Source: Promethearchaeia archaeon
Lineage (GTDB): Archaea; Asgardarchaeota; Lokiarchaeia; Sigyniarchaeales; SOKP01
DNA: 64,000 nucleotides
Assembly: GCA_029856045.1 (NCBI GenBank)
Contig: JAHQWG010000046.1
Coordinates: forward strand, 1 to 64,000
Direction: 5' to 3'
Shown here one piece after another: positions 10,050 to 19,538 of the stretch. Position numbers and translations under genes: made by a program. Position 1 is the stretch's first letter, and each line of letters starts with the position of its first letter. The notes beneath the pieces are model-generated. The model did not search any database. It saw nothing but the letters and a program-made list of their open reading frames with translations, and had not been told where the DNA came from.

Positions 10050-10253
10050 CTTATGATTTCAAATTTTTTGAGTTAAATTTCGTTATTTAAATTAAGAATT
10101 TTTTGTTGTTAGATTTATTTTTTCTTTTATTTCATATAAATATTGTCTTGTTTTATCTGGTTAAAATTAAGGTTGCATTAAAATTCTGTTTATTAGGCAC
10201 TCAACTTTTTACTAGATAACAGAACTAATTAAAAATAAAAAATAAAAAAACAA

Positions 10254-11213
10254 TTATATTGGTCTGAAATATTCAATATCCGTAATTCTCTTTCTTGGTT
10301 TATCTTTAAAAACAGCTTCAACTCTCATTCCCGGTTTCAACTTTTTTGGATCGCTTTCTTTTATTATGTGCACTATTTCTGTGTTAGAGCCATCAAGTGT
10401 GATTAATGCATAAGCAAAGGGTGGTTCTAAAGGCATAACGGGAGTAGAATGTGATACAACTGTAAAACCCTTAACTGAGCCTTGATTACTAACTTCAACC
10501 CACTCATCCATTTTTTCAAAGCAATTAAAGCATATCATCTTGGGCGGAACATAGACCTTACCACACTTTGGGCACTTAACCCCCATGATTTTATTATTTT
10601 TACCAATTTCAGTTATAAATTTTTCAACATAAGCTCCAGCGACATGCTTATAAGGAACCTTTATTCTGCCTCTAAATACTTTCTCTTCAATATCTTCAAC
10701 CATTTTTTCAACCTTTTTTGGTTTTGGCTTTTCTCTAATTATTTTATAATATGGAATATCTCCTAAATTACCTTCTCTTACTTCTTTGAAAACTGCTTTA
10801 ACTCGCATCCCAACCCTTAATTTTGTATGATCTACCTCATCAATGAAATGCATAGTATAAGTATCGACACCATCTAATTTAAACAATCCATATCCGTAAG
10901 GAAAAGGTCTTAATCCCCCTGTTTGAGGATCTACAAAAGGATAATTAACCACAGTAAATCCTACTAAAGTTCCAGTGTCATATAATTCAATAAGTCGTGT
11001 CATTTCCACCATACAATCCGCGCAGACTGCTCGAGGTGGGAAATATACTTTTCCACATTGTGGGCATTTACTTCCGTGTAATTTTTTATTCTCCTTTAGT
11101 TCTTTAAAAAATTGAACTGATAATTTCCCCATAGAATATCTGTAAGGAAGGTCAGTTTTCCACTTAATTTGAAATACTTTTTCTTTATCTTTACCTCTAC
11201 TCATGATAATCAC
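10254..11213 (-). CDS. Tandem DUF35 protein (two Zn-ribbon + OB-fold units); likely start ATG at 11204
   Basis: CPQCGKVYFPPRAVCADC...RVGMRVKAVF and CPKCGKVYVPPKMICFNC...KPGMRVEAVF. Confidence 0.9.
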   Translation of the reverse strand: MIIMSRGKDKEKVFQIKWKTDLPYRYSMGKLSVQFFKELKENKKLHGSKCPQCGKVYFPPRAVCADCMVEMTRLIELYDTGTLVGFTVVNYPFVDPQTGGLRPFPYGYGLFKLDGVDTYTMHFIDEVDHTKLRVGMRVKAVFKEVREGNLGDIPYYKIIREKPKPKKVEKMVEDIEEKVFRGRIKVPYKHVAGAYVEKFITEIGKNNKIMGVKCPKCGKVYVPPKMICFNCFEKMDEWVEVSNQGSVKGFTVVSHSTPVMPLEPPFAYALITLDGSNTEIVHIIKESDPKKLKPGMRVEAVFKDKPRKRITDIEYFRPI

Positions 11214-11214
11214 C

Positions 11215-12381
11215 TCAAAGATTCCTTTCCTTGGAAAGAATCATTATTTCAGTCCATAAACTCCCACCAAATCCCATTCCTAAAGCTTTTTCTACATCAG
11301 GAACTTGTCGTTTTTCTCCTCGACCCATAACTTGGATTGCAGCCTCTGCAACACGGATTAATGCCGTTGCACCAATGGGATTAGTACTCAATACACCTCC
11401 TGATGGATTAACAGGTAATTCTCCACTCATTTGAGTAATACCCTCATCCAGTAATTTTCCACCTTCTCCAAATTTGCAAAAACCTAATGCTTCAGTCCAA
11501 GCAAGCTCACTCCAAGAAGTGGGTTCATATATTTCTGCAACATCCAAATCTTTTACCGGATCTGTGATTCCAACCTTTTTATAAGCTTTTTTAGATGCAA
11601 TTGTTGCAGTTGGAAGATCGAACATTGCTTCATCAGTACCATAAGTGTAATAATGGGCAGTTTCTACAGCCTGAATCCATGCAGGATTATCGGTAATGTT
11701 TCTAGTTTCTTCTTCGTTGGCATAAATAACTGCACATGCACCCTCGCTCTGCGGACAACAATCATGAAGCCTTAATGGATACGAAATAGTTTGGGATTTC
11801 ATAACATCTTCGACTGTAAGATTAGGCATTTTTAAATGAGCAAATGGATTATTCGCAGCGTTTCGACGATTTTTTACGGTAACCCTTGCAGCTTGTTCAG
11901 GAGTTATTCCGTATTTATGTTGATACATACTGGCCATAAGAGCCAGAGGACCTAAGGCTCCTGCTAAAGAGGGTCTTTCCCATACTGGATCGAAAGCTGT
12001 GATTATTCCTGTTGTTGCTCCGCCTTCTTGTAACTTCTCCCAGCCTATAATTAATACTTTATTATATATTCCTGATGCCACATTATGGTATCCGCATATT
12101 GCTAATGATGATCCTGTAGTTCCTCCTGTTGCAACCTTAACAACTGGTTTTAAATAGCCTGGTGCCGCATCTATTCCACACCACATCTCCGAAAAGTTAA
12201 TTCCTTCAAAATGATCCATATTTCCGATTATTACTGCATCTATATCAGCAGGCATAAGTTGAGCATCATCAAGAGCCATTCTTACGGCCTCATATATCAT
12301 TTCAGGGATATTAACATCCCTTCTTTTGCTTCTATGCTTTGTTTGTCCTATACCTACTATTGCAACATCATGTTTTCCCAT
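11215..12381 (-). CDS. Thiolase-fold protein, Ltp3-like retro-aldolase (no catalytic Cys)
   Basis: IVGIGQTK, KVATGGTTGSS in place of CASG, GWEK, AEIYEP, VNPSGGVLSTNPIGATA. Confidence 0.8.
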   Translation of the reverse strand: MGKHDVAIVGIGQTKHRSKRRDVNIPEMIYEAVRMALDDAQLMPADIDAVIIGNMDHFEGINFSEMWCGIDAAPGYLKPVVKVATGGTTGSSLAICGYHNVASGIYNKVLIIGWEKLQEGGATTGIITAFDPVWERPSLAGALGPLALMASMYQHKYGITPEQAARVTVKNRRNAANNPFAHLKMPNLTVEDVMKSQTISYPLRLHDCCPQSEGACAVIYANEEETRNITDNPAWIQAVETAHYYTYGTDEAMFDLPTATIASKKAYKKVGITDPVKDLDVAEIYEPTSWSELAWTEALGFCKFGEGGKLLDEGITQMSGELPVNPSGGVLSTNPIGATALIRVAEAAIQVMGRGEKRQVPDVEKALGMGFGGSLWTEIMILSKERNL

Positions 12382-12384
12382 ATT

Positions 12385-13536
12385 CTATACACCTCCATCA
12401 TTTCCAAATATTAGAACACAGTTTCCTTGGGAACAAATTCCATTCATTCCATTTGCTAATCCAATTTTAGCATTCGGGATCTGTCTTTTATCTGCTTTAC
12501 CCATTAATTGCAGAGCAATTTCAGCTACCCGAATTAAACCATTTGCCATGGTTGGATTACTTGATAGAACACCTCCCGAAGGATTAACAGGTATATTTCC
12601 AGTCATTTCAGTTTCACCACTTTCAATAAATTTTCCACCTTCTCCTTTCCCACAGAATCCTAATGCTTCGTAACTCATCAATTCATGATATGAAAACATA
12701 TCATAGACTTCTGCTACATCAATTTCTCTGATTGGATCAGTAATTCCAGCCATTTTATAAGCTTCTTTAGCAGCTAATTCTAGTCCAATTAGATCCGTCA
12801 TTGTTCTATGCCCTAAATAATAAGCATCAGTACAACTACCGTATCCCATAAGCCAAACAGGTGAGTCTGTAAATTTTTTAGCAATCTCTTCTTTTGTTAA
12901 AAGCATTGCAACTGCACCATCAGAGAGTGGTGGTAAATCAAGTTCTTTTAAAGGATATGCTATCATTGGAGAGAAAAGGACATCTTCAATAGTAATTGCT
13001 TCTTGTAAATGTGCATATGGGTTATTGAGTGCATTTTTTCGATTCTTTATAACAACCTTAGCTGCTTGCTCCTCTGTAATTCCATACTTATTTACATACA
13101 TATTAGCCATTAAACCGGCAGCAGATATTTGATCTAATCCTAAAGCTCTTTGATAAAATGGATCAAAAATGGAATTATTTATAAGATATTGATCTCCTTC
13201 AGAACATTTGCAGTGGGATACAACCATAACTGTATCATAATACTCTGAAAGAATTCTCATAGCTCCATATATATATGCAAAAGCTCCATCTCCCGAAACT
13301 CTTGATTCTGATTTTCCAATAGCTCCCACTGCATCTATAATCGCCATATTAGCGATGGTCCTTCCATCGTTGAAATCGTTAGAGCTTGTTATAATGCTTC
13401 CAATATCATCTTTTGTGATCCCTAGATCATCCATAAGCTTCTTAACAACCTCAAAAACAAGTTCTGAATATGTCTGATCGATTTTATCTGCTTCATATTT
13501 TGTTTGGGCAATTCCTACAATTGCTACTTTATCCAT
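12385..13536 (-). CDS. Thiolase-fold protein, Ltp4-like retro-aldolase partner (no catalytic Cys)
   Basis: LGITKDDIG...SSNDFNDGR...IDAVGA...ESRVSGDGAFA; AEVYDMF; VNPSGGVLSSNP. Confidence 0.8.
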   Translation of the reverse strand: MDKVAIVGIAQTKYEADKIDQTYSELVFEVVKKLMDDLGITKDDIGSIITSSNDFNDGRTIANMAIIDAVGAIGKSESRVSGDGAFAYIYGAMRILSEYYDTVMVVSHCKCSEGDQYLINNSIFDPFYQRALGLDQISAAGLMANMYVNKYGITEEQAAKVVIKNRKNALNNPYAHLQEAITIEDVLFSPMIAYPLKELDLPPLSDGAVAMLLTKEEIAKKFTDSPVWLMGYGSCTDAYYLGHRTMTDLIGLELAAKEAYKMAGITDPIREIDVAEVYDMFSYHELMSYEALGFCGKGEGGKFIESGETEMTGNIPVNPSGGVLSSNPTMANGLIRVAEIALQLMGKADKRQIPNAKIGLANGMNGICSQGNCVLIFGNDGGV

Positions 13537-13578
13537 ATATTATAACCTCTATTTGGATTTGAAATTTAATATATCAAA

Positions 13579-13602
13579 TCATAGAAATTTCAATTTCTAT
13601 GA
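13579..13602. promoter_or_regulatory. Perfect 11-bp inverted repeat (candidate operator or 5'-UTR hairpin)
   Basis: TCATAGAAATT-TC-AATTTCTATGA in the divergent intergenic region. Confidence 0.5.
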
Positions 13603-13881
13603 GTTTCAAATAATTTGTAGTGATTAGAATTTTCATTTATCCAAGTCGAAATTAATTTTAATATATTATTTTAAAATTAAATAATTAGATAAGAGTTAAA
13701 AAATTTATAAAGTTTTCAACTTAAGCATAATGAATTTTTAACATTTTTAAAATAACATTAGTTTAAATAAAAAAATATCTAAATTCAGCCTTTTATTATA
13801 TTCTTAAAAAAAAGAAAAATAGAAGTAATAAAAAATAAAATAGATATTAGAAAATAAGGAAAGAAACCAAGTAAATTTAAA

Positions 13882-14703
13882 ATGAATGAATTTAATTTTC
13901 AAGATATCCTTTATGAGAAGGAGGATAACGGTATTTGCACGGTTACTTTTAACAGACCTGAAAGAAGAAATGCAGTGACTTACTTAACCTTTTTCGAAAT
14001 TCATAAGGTATTAGAAGATATGGAAAAGGATAAAAATGCTAAGGTCTTAATAGTAACTGGAAACGAAGAGGGTAATGCCTTCACATCAGGTGGTTATTTT
14101 GACCCAAAAATTTTTAAAAATCTAAAGGATGAAATTAAGCAAGAAATCGATTTAATGGATATTGCTCAAAAAAAATTATGTATGAAACTATGGAAATTTG
14201 ATAAGCCAGTCATTGCAGCAATTAATGGATTAGCCATAGGAGGAGGAATAACAATGCCCTTAGCAGGTGCTGATCTAATTTTTATGGCTGAAGATGCATG
14301 GTTAGGATTTTATTTTGGAAAGAGAGCCATTATACCCGAATTTGGAGCCAATTTTATTTTACCATTTTATTTAGGGTTTCAAAAAGCAAAAGAAATTGTA
14401 TATTTTGGCGAAAAAATATATGCTCAAGAAGCTTATGAACTTGGACTTGTAAATAAAGTCTTACCTAAGGAGAAACTAATTCCCTACACTCGAGAACAAG
14501 CTTTACGACTGATTCCTCCCAAGGGTCCATGTTTATCAATAAAATTAATGAAAAAAACCATGCATTCTTATTTCCTTGAGATCATAGATAAGACTTTAGA
14601 TTTAGAAAATAGAGGACTTAGAAAAGCTTTTACTTCATATGATTTTAGAGAATCGATGAACGCACTTAAAGAAAAAAGAGAACCAGCATTTAAAGGGAAA
14701 TAA
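13882..14703 (+). CDS. Enoyl-CoA hydratase/isomerase family protein
   Basis: TFNRPERRNA, KPVIAAINGLAIGGG, IIPEFG, EKREPAFKGK. Confidence 0.9.
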   Translation: MNEFNFQDILYEKEDNGICTVTFNRPERRNAVTYLTFFEIHKVLEDMEKDKNAKVLIVTGNEEGNAFTSGGYFDPKIFKNLKDEIKQEIDLMDIAQKKLCMKLWKFDKPVIAAINGLAIGGGITMPLAGADLIFMAEDAWLGFYFGKRAIIPEFGANFILPFYLGFQKAKEIVYFGEKIYAQEAYELGLVNKVLPKEKLIPYTREQALRLIPPKGPCLSIKLMKKTMHSYFLEIIDKTLDLENRGLRKAFTSYDFRESMNALKEKREPAFKGK

Positions 14704-14862
14704 ATTAATTCAATTGAAAACTTAAAATTTTTATTTCTAATTATTGAATTCTATAAATATAAAATGGAAATGCGATCGAATTTTGGAAAAAAAGTTCATT
14801 TATTTGGATTTTTTAAAAAAAATATTAAAATGAGAATTAATTAAAAAGTATTAAAATTAAGA

Positions 14863-15273
14863 GTGAAAAAAATGAAAATATTGACTGAAGAATGGGTTGA
14901 AGCTTTTGGTAAAGCAATTAATGATAATCCAAATTATAAACCGTCGGCGCTTACCTGGGAAGGTGATATGCTTCTTATAATTGAACCTAGTGGGAAATTG
15001 GATCATGAAGTCAGGGTATTTATTGGACTCTACCATGGTGAATGTACAGGGACTAGACTATTAAAAGAAGGAGAAGAGGTAGACACTCCATATATTCTAT
15101 CTGGTCCTTATGATAATTTTGTGAGAGTTATGAATAAAGAATTTGATCCTATTCAAGGAGTCATGTCTGGTAAGCTAAAACTAACTGGTGATATGGCAAA
15201 ATTGATGAGACATGTTCAAGCAGCTAAAGAAATTGTGAACAGTCTCCAAATGTTCGAAACAGAATTTTTATAA
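14863..15273 (+). CDS. SCP2 sterol/lipid-binding domain protein
   Basis: FDPIQGVMSGKLKLTGDMAKLM C-terminal signature. Confidence 0.85.
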   Translation: MKKMKILTEEWVEAFGKAINDNPNYKPSALTWEGDMLLIIEPSGKLDHEVRVFIGLYHGECTGTRLLKEGEEVDTPYILSGPYDNFVRVMNKEFDPIQGVMSGKLKLTGDMAKLMRHVQAAKEIVNSLQMFETEFL

Positions 15274-15344
15274 AAAACAAAAGAATTTTCATTTAACGTT
15301 TTATTTTTTTAATAGAACAAAAAAAAACCTCATAGGTAAAAAAG

Positions 15345-16544
15345 ATGTGGTACTTTTATAGTCCTAATATTATATATGGTGAGGATGCACTAAATTTTTT
15401 AGAAAATATTCCGGGAGATAAATGTTTTATTGTCACTGATAAAGTAATGGAGGAGTTGGGTTATTTAAAAATTTTAACAGATAAACTGGAAAAATACGGA
15501 AAACAGTATAATGTATATAATGGAGTACTCCCTGATCCTCGAGAAACTTACGTAGCAGAAGCAAGAGAAATGTGCAATTCTTATACTCCCGATTTAATTC
15601 TTGCTTTAGGAGGAGGTTCGGTTATGGATGTTGCAAAAATGGTTTGGTGCTTCTATGAATTTCCAGAGCTTTCACTTGATGATATCCATCCATTTAGACC
15701 CGACCTTCATAATATAGGCAAAAAAGCAAAATTAATAGCCATACCAACAACTTCAGGAACTGGAGCAGAAACAACATATGCCGCACTTATATCAAAATTT
15801 GAAAATGATCTCTGGAAAAAGTTTTTATATGCTCATAAAGGAATAGTTCCTACATATGCTATATTAGATCCAGTTTTTCCCGTAGGAATGCCTTCTAATT
15901 TAACTGCTGATACAGGTTTTGATGCATTAGCCCATGCGATTGAAGGAATGGTCTCTGTTTGGAGAAATGAGTTCAGTGATGCATTAGGAGTTAAAGCTAT
16001 TGAATTGGTTTTTAAATATCTGCCAATTGCCATTAGAGAAGGTAAGAATATGGAAGCTAGAGATTACATGCATCAAGCTGCAACTATGGCTGGATTAGCC
16101 TTTGGTAATGGAAATCTTCATATAGGACATGGAATGGGTCATAGTTTGGGAGCAATTTTTCATATTCCTCATGGAAGGGCAGTTGGTGTTGTGCTTAGTT
16201 ATGTTACACAATTCTGTTTAAATAATCCTGATGAAAAAGATAAATCTTTAGAAATTTATGCAAAATTAGCGAAACAGTTAGGATGGTCAAACTGGGATGA
16301 AGATAATAAAAAGGCAGCCTTTACTGTAATCGAGAAAATTAAAGAACTCCAAAAAGAAGTCGGAATTCCGAATAATATTCAAGATTTAGGAATTTCTCGT
16401 GAAGATTTTGATAAGAATTTAGATATGCTAATAACTTTATGTTATGAAGATGCAACTATTGGAATGGTCCCAAGAAGCGTAAATCCAGAGATATTTAAAA
16501 ATTTATTTACATATGCTTATAACGGGAAAGATATCGATTTTTAA
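15345..16544 (+). CDS. Iron-containing alcohol dehydrogenase
   Basis: GGGSVMDVAK, IPTTSGTG, DALAHAIE, GHGMGH, HIPHG. Confidence 0.92.
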   Translation: MWYFYSPNIIYGEDALNFLENIPGDKCFIVTDKVMEELGYLKILTDKLEKYGKQYNVYNGVLPDPRETYVAEAREMCNSYTPDLILALGGGSVMDVAKMVWCFYEFPELSLDDIHPFRPDLHNIGKKAKLIAIPTTSGTGAETTYAALISKFENDLWKKFLYAHKGIVPTYAILDPVFPVGMPSNLTADTGFDALAHAIEGMVSVWRNEFSDALGVKAIELVFKYLPIAIREGKNMEARDYMHQAATMAGLAFGNGNLHIGHGMGHSLGAIFHIPHGRAVGVVLSYVTQFCLNNPDEKDKSLEIYAKLAKQLGWSNWDEDNKKAAFTVIEKIKELQKEVGIPNNIQDLGISREDFDKNLDMLITLCYEDATIGMVPRSVNPEIFKNLFTYAYNGKDIDF

Positions 16545-16636
16545 ATAATTTTATTTTATTTTTTCCTTTTTTATCCATAATTGTAAATTCCCATCAAAAA
16601 GACAAAAAATAAAAATTAAAACAGAAATATCTTTTT

Positions 16637-18190
16637 ATGCAAGAAAAAATTTTTGATGAGAACCGAGATATTTCTACTTATGAAGTTATTGTGATTGGTG
16701 CTGGGCTTGGTGGACTCGGTGCTGCTTGTCAACTTGCTCTTTTAGATAAAAAAGTTTTGTTGCTCGAAAAGCACAATGTACCTGGAGGATTCGCAACTTC
16801 TTTTGTTAGGGGTCGATTTGAGTTTGAAGGAGCCTTACATGAATTAAGTGATATTGGGAATGAAACCAATAAAGGAGGTCTTTATAGATATTTAGAGAAA
16901 ATTGGGATACTCCCCGAGAAACTTAAGTTCAATTATGTTCCAGAGTTTTATCGCAGTGTGTTTTACGATGGATATGATGTTACCATTCCATTCGGTGTTG
17001 AGGAATATACTAATAAATTGATAGAACTATTTCCTGCCGAAAAGAAGGGAATAGAAGAATTTATGGAAATGGTTCAAGCAGTGTTAGCGGGGATTCAGTA
17101 TGTTGCATCTAAAGGTGGTAAATTTTCACAAGGTGAAATCCTTAAAGAACATCCATGGCTTGCACGCGTCTCAGGTATCACGCTTCAAGAACTTTTCGAT
17201 AAATTCTTCAAAGACCAAAAATTAAAGTGTTTAATAGCTCAACTATGGGGATATCTTGGTTTACCAGCGAATAGAATAAATGCATATGCATATATTGCAA
17301 TGTTAATATTTTATTTGAAATGGGGAGCAGCCTTTCCCATAGGACGATCTCATGCATTAACAAGTGCTATGATAAAATCCTTTGAAGATTTAGGAGGAAA
17401 AGCAAGGTTCAATGCCTTGGTGAATCGTATCCTTGTGGAAAATGGACGAGTTGCTGGTGTTGAACTCCTTAATGGAGAAATTTATCACAGTAAGGCAGTT
17501 ATATCAAATGTCAATCCGATATGCACAGCAATGAAAATGATACCACAAGAAATTGTGCCAGAAAGTTATAAAAAGAGAATTTACGCTCCAGAAATCGGAG
17601 TCTCTGGATTTTCAGTTTATATTGGATTAAATGCATCGCATAAAGAATTGGGATTTAATACTCATGAAACTTTTATTAATGAAACCTACGATACGGTACA
17701 AGCTTTCGAGACCTTCAGAAAATTAGAATCACCACAATATTTGGTTGCAGCATGCTATAATCACATTGATGAAACTATATCTCCTCCTGGAACAACACAA
17801 CTTGTTCTCACCACTCTCCAAATGGGCAAAATTTGGCAGAGTGTTTCTCCCGATCAATACCACAATATTAAAGATGATCTCGCGGATAAAATGATTGCGA
17901 TGGTGGAAAAATATCTCTGCTCAGATATACGCGATTACATTGAAGTAGCAGAAGCAGCAACCCCTCTTACATATTATCGATACTCAAAAAATATAGAAGG
18001 TGCTATTTATGGATATACTCAAGACATCATGAATGGTCCAATGCTTCGATTAAAAAGCAGAGGAGCCATTCCCGGACTATATCAAGCAGGTGCTTGGACA
18101 AACTTTGGTGGAGGATATTCAACTACAATTATGGGTGGCAGAATTGCCGCTGGAATGTATCTAAATGATATTAGGGAGGGAAAGTGGTAA
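16637..18190 (+). CDS. FAD-dependent oxidoreductase, phytoene desaturase/retinol saturase family
   Basis: IGAGLGGL, EKHNVPGG..TSFVRGRFEFE, ATPLTYYRY..N.EGAIYG, GLYQAGAW. Confidence 0.85.
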   Translation: MQEKIFDENRDISTYEVIVIGAGLGGLGAACQLALLDKKVLLLEKHNVPGGFATSFVRGRFEFEGALHELSDIGNETNKGGLYRYLEKIGILPEKLKFNYVPEFYRSVFYDGYDVTIPFGVEEYTNKLIELFPAEKKGIEEFMEMVQAVLAGIQYVASKGGKFSQGEILKEHPWLARVSGITLQELFDKFFKDQKLKCLIAQLWGYLGLPANRINAYAYIAMLIFYLKWGAAFPIGRSHALTSAMIKSFEDLGGKARFNALVNRILVENGRVAGVELLNGEIYHSKAVISNVNPICTAMKMIPQEIVPESYKKRIYAPEIGVSGFSVYIGLNASHKELGFNTHETFINETYDTVQAFETFRKLESPQYLVAACYNHIDETISPPGTTQLVLTTLQMGKIWQSVSPDQYHNIKDDLADKMIAMVEKYLCSDIRDYIEVAEAATPLTYYRYSKNIEGAIYGYTQDIMNGPMLRLKSRGAIPGLYQAGAWTNFGGGYSTTIMGGRIAAGMYLNDIREGKW

Positions 18191-18194
18191 AATC

Positions 18195-19382
18195 ATGATG
18201 GAAGATATTAAAAAATATCAAAAAGCCGAAAAATTAAAAAAATGGCGAGATCAAGTCGAACCAATACCTTGGTATTACGATGGGCTAGAAAATCTGTGCA
18301 ACCGACTCCATCCCCAGCAACAACTGCTAAAAATCACCGACATAGAACAACTCTCAAGAGATACTAAATTGTTTCGATTAGTTTCCGCAAATCCTAAGCA
18401 ATTAATAGCACCATTTCGTGCCGGTCAATATATTGGTCTTACAATAGAAATAAATGGTGTCCGAACAAGTCGCCCATATTCGCTTGTATCATCCCCGAAT
18501 CAATTAGCATACTATGAATTGGGTATTAAAAAAAAAGAGGAAGGATTTGTAAGCCCATACTTATTTGAAAATATTAAAATTGGAGATATTCTTGAAGCCA
18601 CCGAACCCTTGGGAAACCTTTACTATAATCGACTCTTCCATGGGATAAACTTAGTATTTATTGCAGGTGGTTCCGGTTGTACACCTTTTATCTCAATGTT
18701 GCGAGATATTTCAGAGCGAGAGATTCCTCTTAATGTCTGGATGTTATTCGGGTGCTTAACTGAGGAAGATATTTTATTTCGAAATGTATTAGAAGATATC
18801 CAAAAACGACGATCAAATATCAAAGTTGTAAATATTCTATCGGAAGCATGTTCTGAATGGACCGGAGAATCCGGATTTATCTCTAAAGACAAGATTTTAA
18901 AAGTAATTGGCTCCATCGAGAAAAAATTCTTTTATATTGTTGGGAATCGACCAATGTATCATTTTGTTTTAGATGAATTAAAAGAATTGGGTGTCCCACA
19001 ACATCGTATCGCACATGAGGCGTTCGGAGTGCCAGATGACATAACTCAGATTATGGGATGGCCAGCAGAGATTGATACATCTAAAAAAGTTCAAATTACT
19101 ATTGATTTTAGGCGATATGGAAAGATCGAACAAAAAGTATTTGAAGCATCATGTACAGAGCCCATATTAAACAGTCTCGAACGCGCAGAACTAAAAGAAC
19201 TCGAAATTAAAAGTGGGTGTCGTTCTGGGGAATGTGCTCTCTGCAGGACAAAACTTGTATCCGGTAAAATTTTTATACCACCTGAAGTAACAACCAGAGA
19301 GGCCGATAAAGACTATAATTTTATCCACCCATGTATATCTTATCCACTCACCGACATTCACTTAAATTTAAATGAAACCTAA
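18195..19382 (+). CDS. FNR-type reductase with C-terminal [2Fe-2S] ferredoxin (PaaE/KshB-like architecture)
   Basis: FRAGQY, RPYSLVS, GFVS, IAGGSGCTPF, CRSGECALC...C; ATG at 18195 just after the upstream stop. Confidence 0.85.
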   Translation: MMEDIKKYQKAEKLKKWRDQVEPIPWYYDGLENLCNRLHPQQQLLKITDIEQLSRDTKLFRLVSANPKQLIAPFRAGQYIGLTIEINGVRTSRPYSLVSSPNQLAYYELGIKKKEEGFVSPYLFENIKIGDILEATEPLGNLYYNRLFHGINLVFIAGGSGCTPFISMLRDISEREIPLNVWMLFGCLTEEDILFRNVLEDIQKRRSNIKVVNILSEACSEWTGESGFISKDKILKVIGSIEKKFFYIVGNRPMYHFVLDELKELGVPQHRIAHEAFGVPDDITQIMGWPAEIDTSKKVQITIDFRRYGKIEQKVFEASCTEPILNSLERAELKELEIKSGCRSGECALCRTKLVSGKIFIPPEVTTREADKDYNFIHPCISYPLTDIHLNLNET

Positions 19383-19538
19383 AGCTTTTCTTTTTTATTT
19401 CTTTTTTTAATCGTTTTTCAATTGAGATCAAAATTAAGAAAAAAGTGATTCAAATTATCAAGTTTTAAATTTAATTTGATCTAATAATATAGTATTATCT
19501 TTTTTTAATTACTAAAAATAAAAAATGATGATTTAAAA

